Made by a program: the position numbers and the translations under genes. The notes beneath the pieces were generated by a model. The model searched no databases. It worked only from the letters and a program-made list of their open reading frames with translations, and was not told where the DNA came from. 64,000 nucleotides of DNA from Candidatus Poseidoniales archaeon (GTDB taxonomy: Archaea; Thermoplasmatota; Poseidoniia; Poseidoniales; Thalassarchaeaceae). The stretch covers positions 69,760 through 133,759 of the forward strand of contig DUAE01000059.1 in NCBI GenBank assembly GCA_012960975.1, in the 5' to 3' direction. The first letter of the stretch is position 1; each line of letters starts with the position of its first letter. This document shows, piece after piece, positions 36,788 to 46,003 of this stretch.

Positions 36788-38080
36788 TCACATGAAAATT
36801 AGAGCTGGGTGCTCGAGTAATTTTTTCATCGATTGAATCAATGCAGCACCGTTCGCACCATCGACGATTCGATGATCAAAAGAGCTGGAAATATTCATGA
36901 TTCGGCGAATTTCAATTTTGTCATTTCGAACAACTGGCATTTCGCGAGCTTTATGGACGCCGAGTATTGAAACTTCAGGATGGTTGATGATCGGTGTCGC
37001 GCCTAATCCACCATCCCTGCCAAGGCTCGTAATAGTGAAGGTTGAACCGCTGAGATCATCGAGATTAGCGGTTCCATTTCTTGCAGCACTAGAAACCCGC
37101 TGCATCTCAGCTGCAGCACCCCAAACATCCATCGCTTCAACGTGTTTTACGACGGGAACAAACAAGCCTCTATTGGTTTGAGTAGCAATGCCCAAATGAA
37201 CCGCTTCGAATTGAGTGACAGTATTTGCGGCCTCATCATAAGTTGCATTGCACTCCTGATGATTTGGCATAATTTTGGCTAATGCCAACATCATGAAAGG
37301 CAAATATGTCAATTTTGGTTGGCCTTCTGAGCGAGTAGAATTGAGGAATTGGCGTAATTCTTCCAATTCTGTAATGTCGATTTCTTCAAAGTAGGAATAA
37401 TGAGGGATCGAGAATTTTGAGACAACCATTTGTTCGGCAATTTTACGGCGCAAGCCGACAATTTTGATTTCGGTAATTCCAGTTCTTCTGGATGAGTAAT
37501 TTGTAGGTGCAGCTCCAGACATCAAGCCCCCTGTTGCAAGGAAAGCATCTAGATCTGCATGGCGGATTCTGCCCGCTGGACCACTTCCAGATACTAATGA
37601 TAAATCGACATCGGATTCTTGAGCACGTCGACGAATCGCAGGGCTGGTAAGCACTCGGCTAGATGTATTTGTGCTAACTGGAACCGGAGATTGGCTCGGT
37701 GTGAGTGTTGGCTTTACAATTGGAGTTGGTTTTGGTGTAGGGGATGGTACTGTTGGAACAGACGCTTGTGGAGTTGGACTAGAATCTGGATCAGGGCTCG
37801 GATCGGGTACTGATGGAGCGGGCTCAGTTGCAGTGGCACCGTCTGTAGAGAATTCAATTAGAGCGCCACCGACTGGAACCATATCCCCGATATCACCATG
37901 GAGTAAAGTTACCACACCATTGGTTGGAGATGGAATAGTCACCGTTGCTTTATCTGTCATGACATCAACGATAGAAGCATCTTCTTTTACCGAATCTCCA
38001 ACTGAAACATGCCACGAAACAACTTCGCCTTCGACAACTCCTTCTCCTATGTCTGGTAATTTAAAAACATAATTTGGCAT
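36788..38080 (-). CDS. Dihydrolipoamide acyltransferase (E2) of a 2-oxoacid dehydrogenase complex
   Basis: It has a lipoyl domain (PDIGEGVVEGEV...VMTDKATV) and a Pro/Ser/Thr-rich linker. The E3-binding domain is SPAIRRRAQE...GSGPAGRI, and the catalytic motif is SFDHRIVDG. The ATG at 38080 (MPNYVFKL) lies 2 nt after the E1-beta stop. Confidence 0.9.
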   Translation of the reverse strand: MPNYVFKLPDIGEGVVEGEVVSWHVSVGDSVKEDASIVDVMTDKATVTIPSPTNGVVTLLHGDIGDMVPVGGALIEFSTDGATATEPAPSVPDPSPDPDSSPTPQASVPTVPSPTPKPTPIVKPTLTPSQSPVPVSTNTSSRVLTSPAIRRRAQESDVDLSLVSGSGPAGRIRHADLDAFLATGGLMSGAAPTNYSSRRTGITEIKIVGLRRKIAEQMVVSKFSIPHYSYFEEIDITELEELRQFLNSTRSEGQPKLTYLPFMMLALAKIMPNHQECNATYDEAANTVTQFEAVHLGIATQTNRGLFVPVVKHVEAMDVWGAAAEMQRVSSAARNGTANLDDLSGSTFTITSLGRDGGLGATPIINHPEVSILGVHKAREMPVVRNDKIEIRRIMNISSSFDHRIVDGANGAALIQSMKKLLEHPALIFM

Positions 38081-38082
38081 TC

Positions 38083-39093
38083 TTAAGACCCCTGAGTTTT
38101 GTGTATTGCCTCGGCTATCCGAGCAGGACTTGGCATGTAATCCCATTCCATTGTATGAGGGAAAGGAGTATCCCAACCGGTCACACGCTCGATTGGGCAT
38201 TCTAGGTGGTAAAAGCATCTTTCTTGAATCGACGCAACCATTTCTGCTCCAAACCCACTGGTTTTGGGAGCTTCATGAACGATTACACAACGACCTGTTT
38301 TCTTTATTGATTCAGTTACTGTTTCTCGATCCCATGGGACAAGGGTTTGCAAGTCGATTAATTCACAATTTACGCCTGAATCTCGAATCGCTTGTTCTGC
38401 AACGTGAACCATCGCTCCCCAAGCAATAACAGTACAAGCATCGCCTCTCATTGCTATTCTCGCTTGCTCTAATGGAATTTTGTAATATGATTCTGGAACT
38501 TCTGCTTCCGGGTGATCCTTCCACGTCGGGACATTGTGTGGGTCACCGTAGAAAGGACCTCTGTAGCAGCGTTTTGGTTCGAAGAAAACAACGGGGTCGT
38601 TTGATTCGATCGCGCTAATTAACAATCCTTTCGCATTGTATGGAGTTGAGCAATAAACTACTTTTAATCCTGGAGTATGAGTAAATTGGGCCTCCGGGGA
38701 TTGGGAATGGTGGTGACCCCCTTTGATTCCACCACCGGCGGGCGTGCGAATGGTGACAGGGCAAGTAAATTCACCACCCGATCGGTGGCGAATCTTCGCT
38801 ATTTCATTGACAATTTGATCATATGCTGGGAAAATATAGTCAGCGAATTGAATTTCAAAAACGGGGCGAAGTCCGTTGATGCCCATCCCGAAAGCCATTG
38901 CTGCGATGCCGCCTTCGGCGAGCGGCGCATCGAAGACTCGATGTTTACCGTGTTTTTCTTGTAAGCCATCACAAGTACGGAAAACACCGCCGAAATAACC
39001 GATGTCTTGGCCGAAAACAATCATGTCATTATCTCGCTCGAGCATGATGTCCAAAGCAGAATTGATTGACAGAACCATGTTCATGTTAACCAT
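38083..39093 (-). CDS. 2-oxoacid dehydrogenase E1 component, beta subunit
   Basis: The transketolase-like Pyr and C-terminal domains are present (VFGQDIGYFGGVFRTCDGL, FDAPLAEGGI). Its ATG overlaps the E1-alpha stop (ATGA at 39093). Confidence 0.9.
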   Translation of the reverse strand: MVNMNMVLSINSALDIMLERDNDMIVFGQDIGYFGGVFRTCDGLQEKHGKHRVFDAPLAEGGIAAMAFGMGINGLRPVFEIQFADYIFPAYDQIVNEIAKIRHRSGGEFTCPVTIRTPAGGGIKGGHHHSQSPEAQFTHTPGLKVVYCSTPYNAKGLLISAIESNDPVVFFEPKRCYRGPFYGDPHNVPTWKDHPEAEVPESYYKIPLEQARIAMRGDACTVIAWGAMVHVAEQAIRDSGVNCELIDLQTLVPWDRETVTESIKKTGRCVIVHEAPKTSGFGAEMVASIQERCFYHLECPIERVTGWDTPFPHTMEWDYMPSPARIAEAIHKTQGS

Positions 39094-40337
39094 CAAGCAT
39101 CCCTCCAACGTTTCATTTCCTTACGTTGTTCCTCAAGGTGCCAAGGAACGGTTTCGTAAACCTCAGTAAAAATGTGGTCTGAAGATGGATATGGTCCATT
39201 AGCCAAATCACCAAACTTGATCGCCTCCTTGTATGCGCTCATGACTTCAGAATCAATTTTTTCTTCAAGTGAATTCTGTTGTTCATTGCTCCATTCACCG
39301 ATCTCGATAAGATGTGATTTCAACCTCTCAATCGGGTCGCCACCAGGCCAACATTGCGCTTCATTTTGCGGTCGATATCTTGATGGGTCATCGCTGGAGC
39401 TATGAGCCCCAGCGCGATATGTCAGCACCTCAATATGGGTTGCACCCAATCCTGCTGCTGCCCGTTCTCTAGCCCATTTTGTAACCGAATATAAAGCAAG
39501 GAAATCATTTCCATCAACCCGAAAACTAGGGAGGTCGTAGGGGATACCGCGAATTGCAAAGTTTTTGCCAGCCGTAGCAACGTTGACGTGCGAAGAAATT
39601 GCCCATTGATTATTTACTGTGTTTAATATTACTGGAGCTTTGAAAACTCCAGCGAAATTCAGAGCATAATGATAATCTCCTTGAGAACTCGAACCCTCAC
39701 CAATCCATGAAATTGTCACTTCATCTAATCCTTTGTACTGCGAGGCTAATCCTACTCCGACAGATTGGCTAAATTGTGTTCCAACAGGGCTAGAAATTGA
39801 TATGAATCTGCCATCTTTCCATGTATAATGAACCGGCATTTGTCTGCCCTTGACATTATCTTCTTCATTGCCGATGCAGTGACATATCATACTCACCATA
39901 TCCCTTCCACGGACGAATTGTGCACCTGGTTGTCGGTAAGATGGAAAAATCCAATCTTGATTTTCGAGTGCCATCGTTTGGGCGATGGCGACCGCCTCTT
40001 CGCCGAGGGAACGCATGTAGAAGGAGAGTTTCCCTGTTCGTTGCATTTTCATCATCCGGTCATCAAAAATTCGTAGTCTGACCATATGTTCGAGGCCGAG
40101 GCGCAAATTTTCTGCAGAAAGGTTCCGATTCCAATCACCACTGGCAATATTGTCATCGGATAAAACTCGTATCAGTCCAGCCGCGTGTTCTGCAGTCTCT
40201 TCGGCTGAACAATCTATTGCTGGCATCGAAAGGTCAGTCGGCTTTGCAGTCCATTGCTCAAATGTCGAGATATCTCCAGGTCTAAATGGAGTGGATGGGA
40301 TGTGAATTGGTGAATCCGCCGCATCCTTTCCTGCCAT
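39093..40337 (-). CDS. 2-oxoacid dehydrogenase E1 component, alpha subunit (BCKDH/PDH type)
   Basis: The TPP-binding region is IGEGSSSQGDYHYALNFA....NNQWAIS. The phospho-loop-like sequence is YRAGAHSSSDDPSRYR. Confidence 0.9.
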   Translation of the reverse strand: MAGKDAADSPIHIPSTPFRPGDISTFEQWTAKPTDLSMPAIDCSAEETAEHAAGLIRVLSDDNIASGDWNRNLSAENLRLGLEHMVRLRIFDDRMMKMQRTGKLSFYMRSLGEEAVAIAQTMALENQDWIFPSYRQPGAQFVRGRDMVSMICHCIGNEEDNVKGRQMPVHYTWKDGRFISISSPVGTQFSQSVGVGLASQYKGLDEVTISWIGEGSSSQGDYHYALNFAGVFKAPVILNTVNNQWAISSHVNVATAGKNFAIRGIPYDLPSFRVDGNDFLALYSVTKWARERAAAGLGATHIEVLTYRAGAHSSSDDPSRYRPQNEAQCWPGGDPIERLKSHLIEIGEWSNEQQNSLEEKIDSEVMSAYKEAIKFGDLANGPYPSSDHIFTEVYETVPWHLEEQRKEMKRWRDA

Positions 40338-40359
40338 ATTCCTAACACCTGCTTCTCAC

Positions 40360-41427
40360 TCATATTATTTGGCATGTTGAGACCACGCTTTCGACCTGAC
40401 CTCTCAAGTGGCTAACTGCAGAACCAGTGGAATCTTTTGTTACCACCGGTTCTCCTCCTTCCGCTTCTTCCCAGAGTAATCCTGCTCTGTAAGATGAGCG
40501 GACTAATGGTCCGCTAGCAACTGCTTTGAATCCCATTTTCCGAGCCGCAGCATCCCATTCTGCGAATTGTCTCGGCTCGGGAAAGCGATCGATTGGTAGA
40601 TGTCTATCGCTAGGTTGTAAATATTGTCCGAGGGTAATCATGTCAACACCAGTATCGCGTAGAAGTTGCATGGCGTCAATGATTTCGTGGTCGTTTTCTC
40701 CGAGGCCAACCATCAAACTTGATTTGATGCGTAAATCCGGTCGAAGACGATGTGCCTCGGCGAGAATTTTCAGAGATTGAGAAAAAGATGCCCGCTTATC
40801 ACGAACAACACTATCCAAACGTGGAACGCATTCGACGTTGTGAGCGAAAACTCGGATTGGTAAATCTTCGAGCAGGATAGCTAGGGCATCGTGGTTACCA
40901 TCGAGATCAGAGCAAAGAAGTTCGAGACCCACATTCGGTGTGCGTGAGCTGACTTCTAGTAAACAATCACGGTAATGGCTGGCCCCACCATCTTGCAAAT
41001 CATCTCGATTGACTACGGTGATTACTGCGTGAGAAATCCCCATCAATTCGATTGCTTCTGCCAACTCTTGCGGCTCATTTTGATTTAGTGGTGCTGGCAA
41101 TTTTTTTGTATTGACTGCACAGAATTTACAACCTCTGGTGCAATCTTCACCAGCGATCATGAACGTAGCAGTGCCTCGACCCCAGCAATCGTGAATGTTC
41201 GGGCATCGCGCTTCCTCACAAACCGTTGTTAATCCGTAATCCTGAACATTTGATTTCGTTTTGTTAAAATTCAACTGAGAAGTTCCGGTTGGTAGGGCGG
41301 TTTTGAACCAAGGGGGAAGGCGTTTTCTCAATGCTTTTCGACGCTCAGAGGCACTTGGTTTAGGAAACTTATCAGAATGATTGACGGCTGAATTTTGGTC
41401 GCTGCTCAGAGGGAGGGGTCCCGTCAT
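40360..41427 (-). CDS. lipA: Lipoyl synthase
   Basis: The auxiliary cluster is CEEARCPNIHDC. The radical-SAM motif is CTRGCKFCAV. Length is 355 aa. Confidence 0.9.
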   Translation of the reverse strand: MTGPLPLSSDQNSAVNHSDKFPKPSASERRKALRKRLPPWFKTALPTGTSQLNFNKTKSNVQDYGLTTVCEEARCPNIHDCWGRGTATFMIAGEDCTRGCKFCAVNTKKLPAPLNQNEPQELAEAIELMGISHAVITVVNRDDLQDGGASHYRDCLLEVSSRTPNVGLELLCSDLDGNHDALAILLEDLPIRVFAHNVECVPRLDSVVRDKRASFSQSLKILAEAHRLRPDLRIKSSLMVGLGENDHEIIDAMQLLRDTGVDMITLGQYLQPSDRHLPIDRFPEPRQFAEWDAAARKMGFKAVASGPLVRSSYRAGLLWEEAEGGEPVVTKDSTGSAVSHLRGQVESVVSTCQII

Positions 41428-41526
41428 CGATTCAAAGGGACAGCCATTGGATGAAAACTATTCTCCTTGAGAATGTAGGTAGATTTGAATCCAAGAGGTG
41501 AAAGCACAAGGATAACTCGGCGAGTT

Positions 41527-42285
41527 ATGTCGCGAGGTGCAATTTTGGTCACCGGTGGGGCGAAGCGTATCGGACGGGCAATTTCCCTCTCACTGGCTCG
41601 ATCGGGATATGATGTTGTTATCCATCATCGTAACTCGCCCGACGAAGCAGAGAATACAGCTGCAAAAGTTCATGCAATTGGTTCGTCTGCAATGTGTATT
41701 CAAGCAGATCTTTCCGATTCCTCTTCTGTCCAAAATCTAATCGCTGTATCAATCAAAAAATTCGGTTCACTGCAAGGTATTGTAAACAATGCGTCAATGT
41801 TTGTTCACGATGATATTGATTCAATCGATTCCGACAATTGGGATTCTCATATGGATGTAAATGCGAAGGCTCCTATGTTGCTTATTCAGGCATTAAAATC
41901 AAGCCTTCCGGAGCGAGGTAATGCAAGTGTTGTCAATGTGCTAGATCAGAAAATTTTCGAACCGAATCCCGATTATCTGTCCTATACTGCCTCGCGCTAT
42001 GCTCTACTCGGTCTTACCGATGCTCTTGCACGTGGTTTGGCCCCCCAAATTCGTGTCAATGCTGTTGCTCCGGGCCACACATTGGCGAGTTCTGATCAAA
42101 GTGAAGCGGGCTTTGCCCGAGCAAGTGCCGAAACCCCTCTAGGTTTCGGCCCTACACCTGATGATATTGCTGATGCTGTAAACTATCTTTTGAATGCCCG
42201 TGCGGTTACAGGGCAAGTCCTATTTGTTGACTCAGGGGAGAGGTTCTTAGCAAGGGCCCGGGATGTTCTTTTTGAGACGGAGTGA
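41527..42285 (+). CDS. Short-chain dehydrogenase/reductase, pteridine-reductase/FolM-like
   Basis: The motif is AILVTGGAKRIGRAISLSLARSGYDVVIHHR, with the catalytic Y in SYTASRYAL. It is adjacent to a FolB-like gene. The ATG at 41527 is used; the track start at 41485 is TTG. Confidence 0.7.
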   Translation: MSRGAILVTGGAKRIGRAISLSLARSGYDVVIHHRNSPDEAENTAAKVHAIGSSAMCIQADLSDSSSVQNLIAVSIKKFGSLQGIVNNASMFVHDDIDSIDSDNWDSHMDVNAKAPMLLIQALKSSLPERGNASVVNVLDQKIFEPNPDYLSYTASRYALLGLTDALARGLAPQIRVNAVAPGHTLASSDQSEAGFARASAETPLGFGPTPDDIADAVNYLLNARAVTGQVLFVDSGERFLARARDVLFETE

Positions 42286-42291
42286 AACCAT

Positions 42292-42693
42292 ATGACTAGC
42301 CATAACGAAGCAATCATGCAATTATTGTTAGCAAACCAAGGTGCAACCTCGCTGTTTTTGGAAGATATTATCCGCGAGGTTGACATTGGTATCCACGATT
42401 ATGAAATCGGGGCACTGCAGCGTGTTCGCTTCGACATTTATGCGATGATTGGTGGCGCGATACCGACTAAATCAGATGAGATTGACGACGTACTCAATTA
42501 TGAGTATTTAATTGATATTCTAGATCAGGTTTTAGCAGCGAATCGCGTTGCACTTTTGGAGACTCTAGCAGATAGAATATTGGATTTAATAATGAAGCCG
42601 ACAGCAGTCGATGCAGCGAGCGTTGTAATCACCAAATTGGATGTGCTCGATGGTGATGGTCGATTAGGTTGTTCGATGACTCGGATGAAGTGA
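42292..42693 (+). CDS. folB: Dihydroneopterin aldolase-like (FolB family)
   Basis: The 133-aa length fits the family. The pattern IGIHDYEIGALQRVRFDIYA...DDVLNYEYLIDIL...LLETLADRILDLIM...VVITK matches the FolB tunnelling-fold consensus by eye. Confidence 0.6.
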   Translation: MTSHNEAIMQLLLANQGATSLFLEDIIREVDIGIHDYEIGALQRVRFDIYAMIGGAIPTKSDEIDDVLNYEYLIDILDQVLAANRVALLETLADRILDLIMKPTAVDAASVVITKLDVLDGDGRLGCSMTRMK

Positions 42694-42741
42694 TTTTTTC
42701 CTAGACTCGAATCCTACTCTTTACGCAATTATTTTTGTCTT

Positions 42742-42826
42742 TGGTGCAGGGGGTGGGATTCGAACCCACGAAGGCCTTGCCACCGGAGCTTAAGTCCGGC
42801 CCCTTTGACCACTCGGGTACCCCTGC
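42742..42826 (-). tRNA. tRNA-Leu (anticodon UAA), class II with long variable arm, CCA encoded
   Basis: The reverse complement folds as a cloverleaf. The acceptor stem is GCAGGGG/CCCCTGC and the D arm is CCC-GAGTGGTCAAA-GGG. The anticodon stem CCGGA/TCCGG carries the loop CTTAAGC. The variable arm is TGGCAAGGCCTTC and the T arm is GTGGG-TTCGAAT-CCCAC. The 3' end is ACCA. Confidence 0.9.
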
Positions 42827-42944
42827 ACGCTCTCGCCGTCGGCTTGTATTCTTGAATCGCGCGGCTCGAATGAGTAGGATAATCGATGCAAGGCATGGAC
42901 TTTTTACGCGAACGCTTTAACACCCCGAGAACGGCGGATTGAGC

Positions 42945-45884
42945 ATGAAAGTGCGCAGCATGCAAGATTCGAGTGGTAATTCTGCTCAAATTGCCGTGCT
43001 TTTGGCTTTCTTGATGCTATTGCCAATATTTCTGAGTACAGTGGAAACATCAGAGTTGAATGATGAGATTTCTTACCATGCTGGTGAAAGTCCAAGTTTG
43101 AAACTCTACACACTTTATTTCGCTGCGGGTGATTCAACATCTGATGGTGAAGGCGTTCTTACGACGAAAGTTCCTGAATCAGGTGGGCAAGAGACTGCCA
43201 GTGCATTGGATGAGGATGTTGAATTCAGAACGAAAGATCTTCTTTCCACTTTGGATATTTATGGTCGACCACAGCACGGTTCAAGTTCTGGAGATTACTT
43301 CCTCCCGCTCAATCTATTTTTGAAGGCCGTAGGGCCCAGCAATTCAGAAGTTGAGTGGACGATAAACATCGAAGCAGCTGGAAGCCAAATAGGTTCGACA
43401 TCTTGGAGTACAGCAGCTTGTAATGCCGGTATCATGAATTCCTGCAATTTTGACCACGAATCATTTGATGTCGATTTGGGCGCCATCGAATTTTTTACAA
43501 TACCTGAAGAGGCGATATTCGAGATATCGATTTCAGCCGAAATGACCGGCTGCGATGGCGGTTCGTTCCCCGGAGGCTCTAGTTGCTCAGCAGAAGTTGC
43601 ATGGAATGAAATCGATGATGAAACCAATCGTTATTCACAGATAGAAGTAGAGGCAAATGCTCTCTCAAATAGCTTGGTATTATTGCAACGTGAAGGAGCA
43701 GAATTAGCAGAAGGCGGTGAATTGGAATGGTTTCCGAATGATATACTGGAACAACGCTCGATGCAATTCACTTTCGATGTGAAGAGCTCTTTCGGCCGAT
43801 ATGATATCGATACTATCAGATTAATTTTGAGAGACCCGCAAGGTATTTATCGAATCGATCACATAATCACTAATGATGATCCAGATATTGAAGATACTAC
43901 TGAAGGAATTTTCGGCAATTATCTTTGGACATACCCAAGTGGTTTACCGGCTGGAGAATATACTGTTGAGTTAGAGATAACTGATATTCAAGGTAACCAC
44001 GTACTTATCGACCATGACCCTGTCGAAATGCATCAGTTTGGCGTTTCTATCAACCACCGATTAAATCGCCAAACCGAATATATCGCTCCTAACGAAATCA
44101 CGCCAATTCCACTACAATTAGTTCACCGCGGCGATTCTACGAAATCAATGACCGTCGAACTCGAAGTGATGACAAATTTGGGTGGCTCGTGGTTAGTTGA
44201 ATTCGATTCCGAGTCAAATAAGTACGAACTCGATGCAGGAGGAGATATTCTTAATCCGATTCTGACCCTTCAAGCACCAGACGATCTCACAGGGACTCCT
44301 GAGAGTATCGAAATCAGGGCCGTTGCTGAAGCCGAGGTCAATGGCATCATCACCGTCGTTCATCAGGATACTTTGTTGATTGATATTGAGAAAATTGATG
44401 TATTTCAACCTCCTGATATTTCTGTTTGGTCAGAGGATCATGACATACCAATTGCCAACTCTAGTCATCCCGATTCAGTAGATTACACGATTCCTCGGTA
44501 TGTTGAGTACAATCAATTTAACCCATTTTTACTTGAAATTTTTAATACTGGTTTTGATTCAGATACATTCAGAATAGATATTTTACAGCGCTCGAAGGCA
44601 ATTATTCAGGTTTATGATAACGATACGGGTGAGCGGATACTCGAAAATGAAGGCGATGGAACATTCCACTCTGCTATGCTCGACCGGCACTCTACACAAA
44701 TTTTGATGCTGAATATTAAACCATCTTCCGACAGAGAAGATCCTGATACTGGATTGATTGAAATTGAGATAGTATCTACTGGTAATGCATCTCTACGGAC
44801 AACAGTGATATTTACAATTCAGCGTACCTTTGGTATTCGAGCAGAGGTGGCACACGATTGTGATGGTTCTCCGCTCGGACATATTTCAGTATCACTTTGT
44901 TCGCCGGGCCCTGGCAATGCCGAGGTTAGCATGAGAGTGAGAATCATCAACAGCATGACTACTGGCGATTCCTCAATTTACTGGCGACTTCCAAATCCGG
45001 CTACTCTCGATGAGAACACTGACCGTGATTCAGCTTATGGGCAATGGCAGTTTGACATTGCAGATGAAAATGGCGAAAGTGTGCCAAGGGTTTCGCTAGG
45101 CCCAGGAGATTTCATTGAAGTCTTTGTTACCGTTACTCTTACTAGTCAAGTTGAGCAAGGGAATCATACTGTATATCTCCGAATTATTGAAGATACAGAG
45201 AGCGAGGATGCACGATACTTCGATCTTCCAATGGAATTTGAAATCGATGCCGATGAACCTAATATCCAAATCGTTCAGGTTTCACCTGATAGAAAATTAA
45301 AACCAGGTGAAGATTATTCAATTCAAATGAAGGTTAAAAACCTCGGTAATTCACAGATGACATTACTTCTCGATGCAGATGTTGAAGCTAGTGGCTGGGA
45401 GGTCGAAGTCGATGGTCCGTCTGGTTCAAACTTAATTGTCCTCGATGCTTTTGATGAATTGACATTCAATCTCAAGGTAAGGGTGCCTGCAGGTGCAAAT
45501 AATGGCGACGTAGTCCAAGTTTATGTCACTGCAACTCCACTTGACACTACTCAGAGTTGGTCTGATGATTATACTGCAAAAATAACGGTTGACATGACGG
45601 TTGGACTAAGTTCTATTATTTCGATTATTATCAACGAAGTGACTCACCCTAGGCCATTGACTCTAGTCAGTTCTATCGTGGGTATATTGCTTATTTTTGC
45701 TGGGATCCAGAGTGGATTAAACCGCCGAAGATGGGCATCTCATATGGCTCTCATCGAGGCTCTAAACAATGATGATGAAGATGATGAAAATACGGCTGAA
45801 GAGGACAATATACCAGTTCCAGTTACATCAGAAATCGATGACGGCGTTGACCGTTACGAGGATGACGAAATCGAACTCGTTTAA
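42945..45884 (+). CDS. Large secreted/anchored surface protein (COG1470/NEW3-CARDB-like beta-sandwich domains), C-terminal TM and acidic tail
   Basis: The N-terminal signal or anchor is AQIAVLLAFLMLLPIFLS. Several segments look like beta-sandwich domains (for example VKNLGNSQMTLLLDADVEASGWEVEVDG). The C-terminal TM helix LTLVSSIVGILLIFAGIQSGL is followed by NRRRW and a D/E-rich tail. ATG at 42945 is used; the track start at 42939 is TTG. Confidence 0.7.
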   Translation: MKVRSMQDSSGNSAQIAVLLAFLMLLPIFLSTVETSELNDEISYHAGESPSLKLYTLYFAAGDSTSDGEGVLTTKVPESGGQETASALDEDVEFRTKDLLSTLDIYGRPQHGSSSGDYFLPLNLFLKAVGPSNSEVEWTINIEAAGSQIGSTSWSTAACNAGIMNSCNFDHESFDVDLGAIEFFTIPEEAIFEISISAEMTGCDGGSFPGGSSCSAEVAWNEIDDETNRYSQIEVEANALSNSLVLLQREGAELAEGGELEWFPNDILEQRSMQFTFDVKSSFGRYDIDTIRLILRDPQGIYRIDHIITNDDPDIEDTTEGIFGNYLWTYPSGLPAGEYTVELEITDIQGNHVLIDHDPVEMHQFGVSINHRLNRQTEYIAPNEITPIPLQLVHRGDSTKSMTVELEVMTNLGGSWLVEFDSESNKYELDAGGDILNPILTLQAPDDLTGTPESIEIRAVAEAEVNGIITVVHQDTLLIDIEKIDVFQPPDISVWSEDHDIPIANSSHPDSVDYTIPRYVEYNQFNPFLLEIFNTGFDSDTFRIDILQRSKAIIQVYDNDTGERILENEGDGTFHSAMLDRHSTQILMLNIKPSSDREDPDTGLIEIEIVSTGNASLRTTVIFTIQRTFGIRAEVAHDCDGSPLGHISVSLCSPGPGNAEVSMRVRIINSMTTGDSSIYWRLPNPATLDENTDRDSAYGQWQFDIADENGESVPRVSLGPGDFIEVFVTVTLTSQVEQGNHTVYLRIIEDTESEDARYFDLPMEFEIDADEPNIQIVQVSPDRKLKPGEDYSIQMKVKNLGNSQMTLLLDADVEASGWEVEVDGPSGSNLIVLDAFDELTFNLKVRVPAGANNGDVVQVYVTATPLDTTQSWSDDYTAKITVDMTVGLSSIISIIINEVTHPRPLTLVSSIVGILLIFAGIQSGLNRRRWASHMALIEALNNDDEDDENTAEEDNIPVPVTSEIDDGVDRYEDDEIELV

Positions 45885-46003
45885 TTTCAGAAGAATTGCT
45901 GTCCGAACGACGCTCCATTTCTCTTAAGACCCTAATGAATCGCCAAAGGTAACATAGGGTGAGTACTTTGCAGTTCAATACCATCAGCATTATCGATAAT
46001 TCG

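Noticed and set aside
42729-42989. Track ORFs 42729..42989 (-), 42735..42920 (+) and 42904..43140 (-).
   Set aside because: They overlap the tRNA-Leu gene and its flanks or the 5' end of the 979-aa gene. Their translations are low-complexity and Arg/Ser/Pro-rich, as expected from reading through a structured RNA gene.
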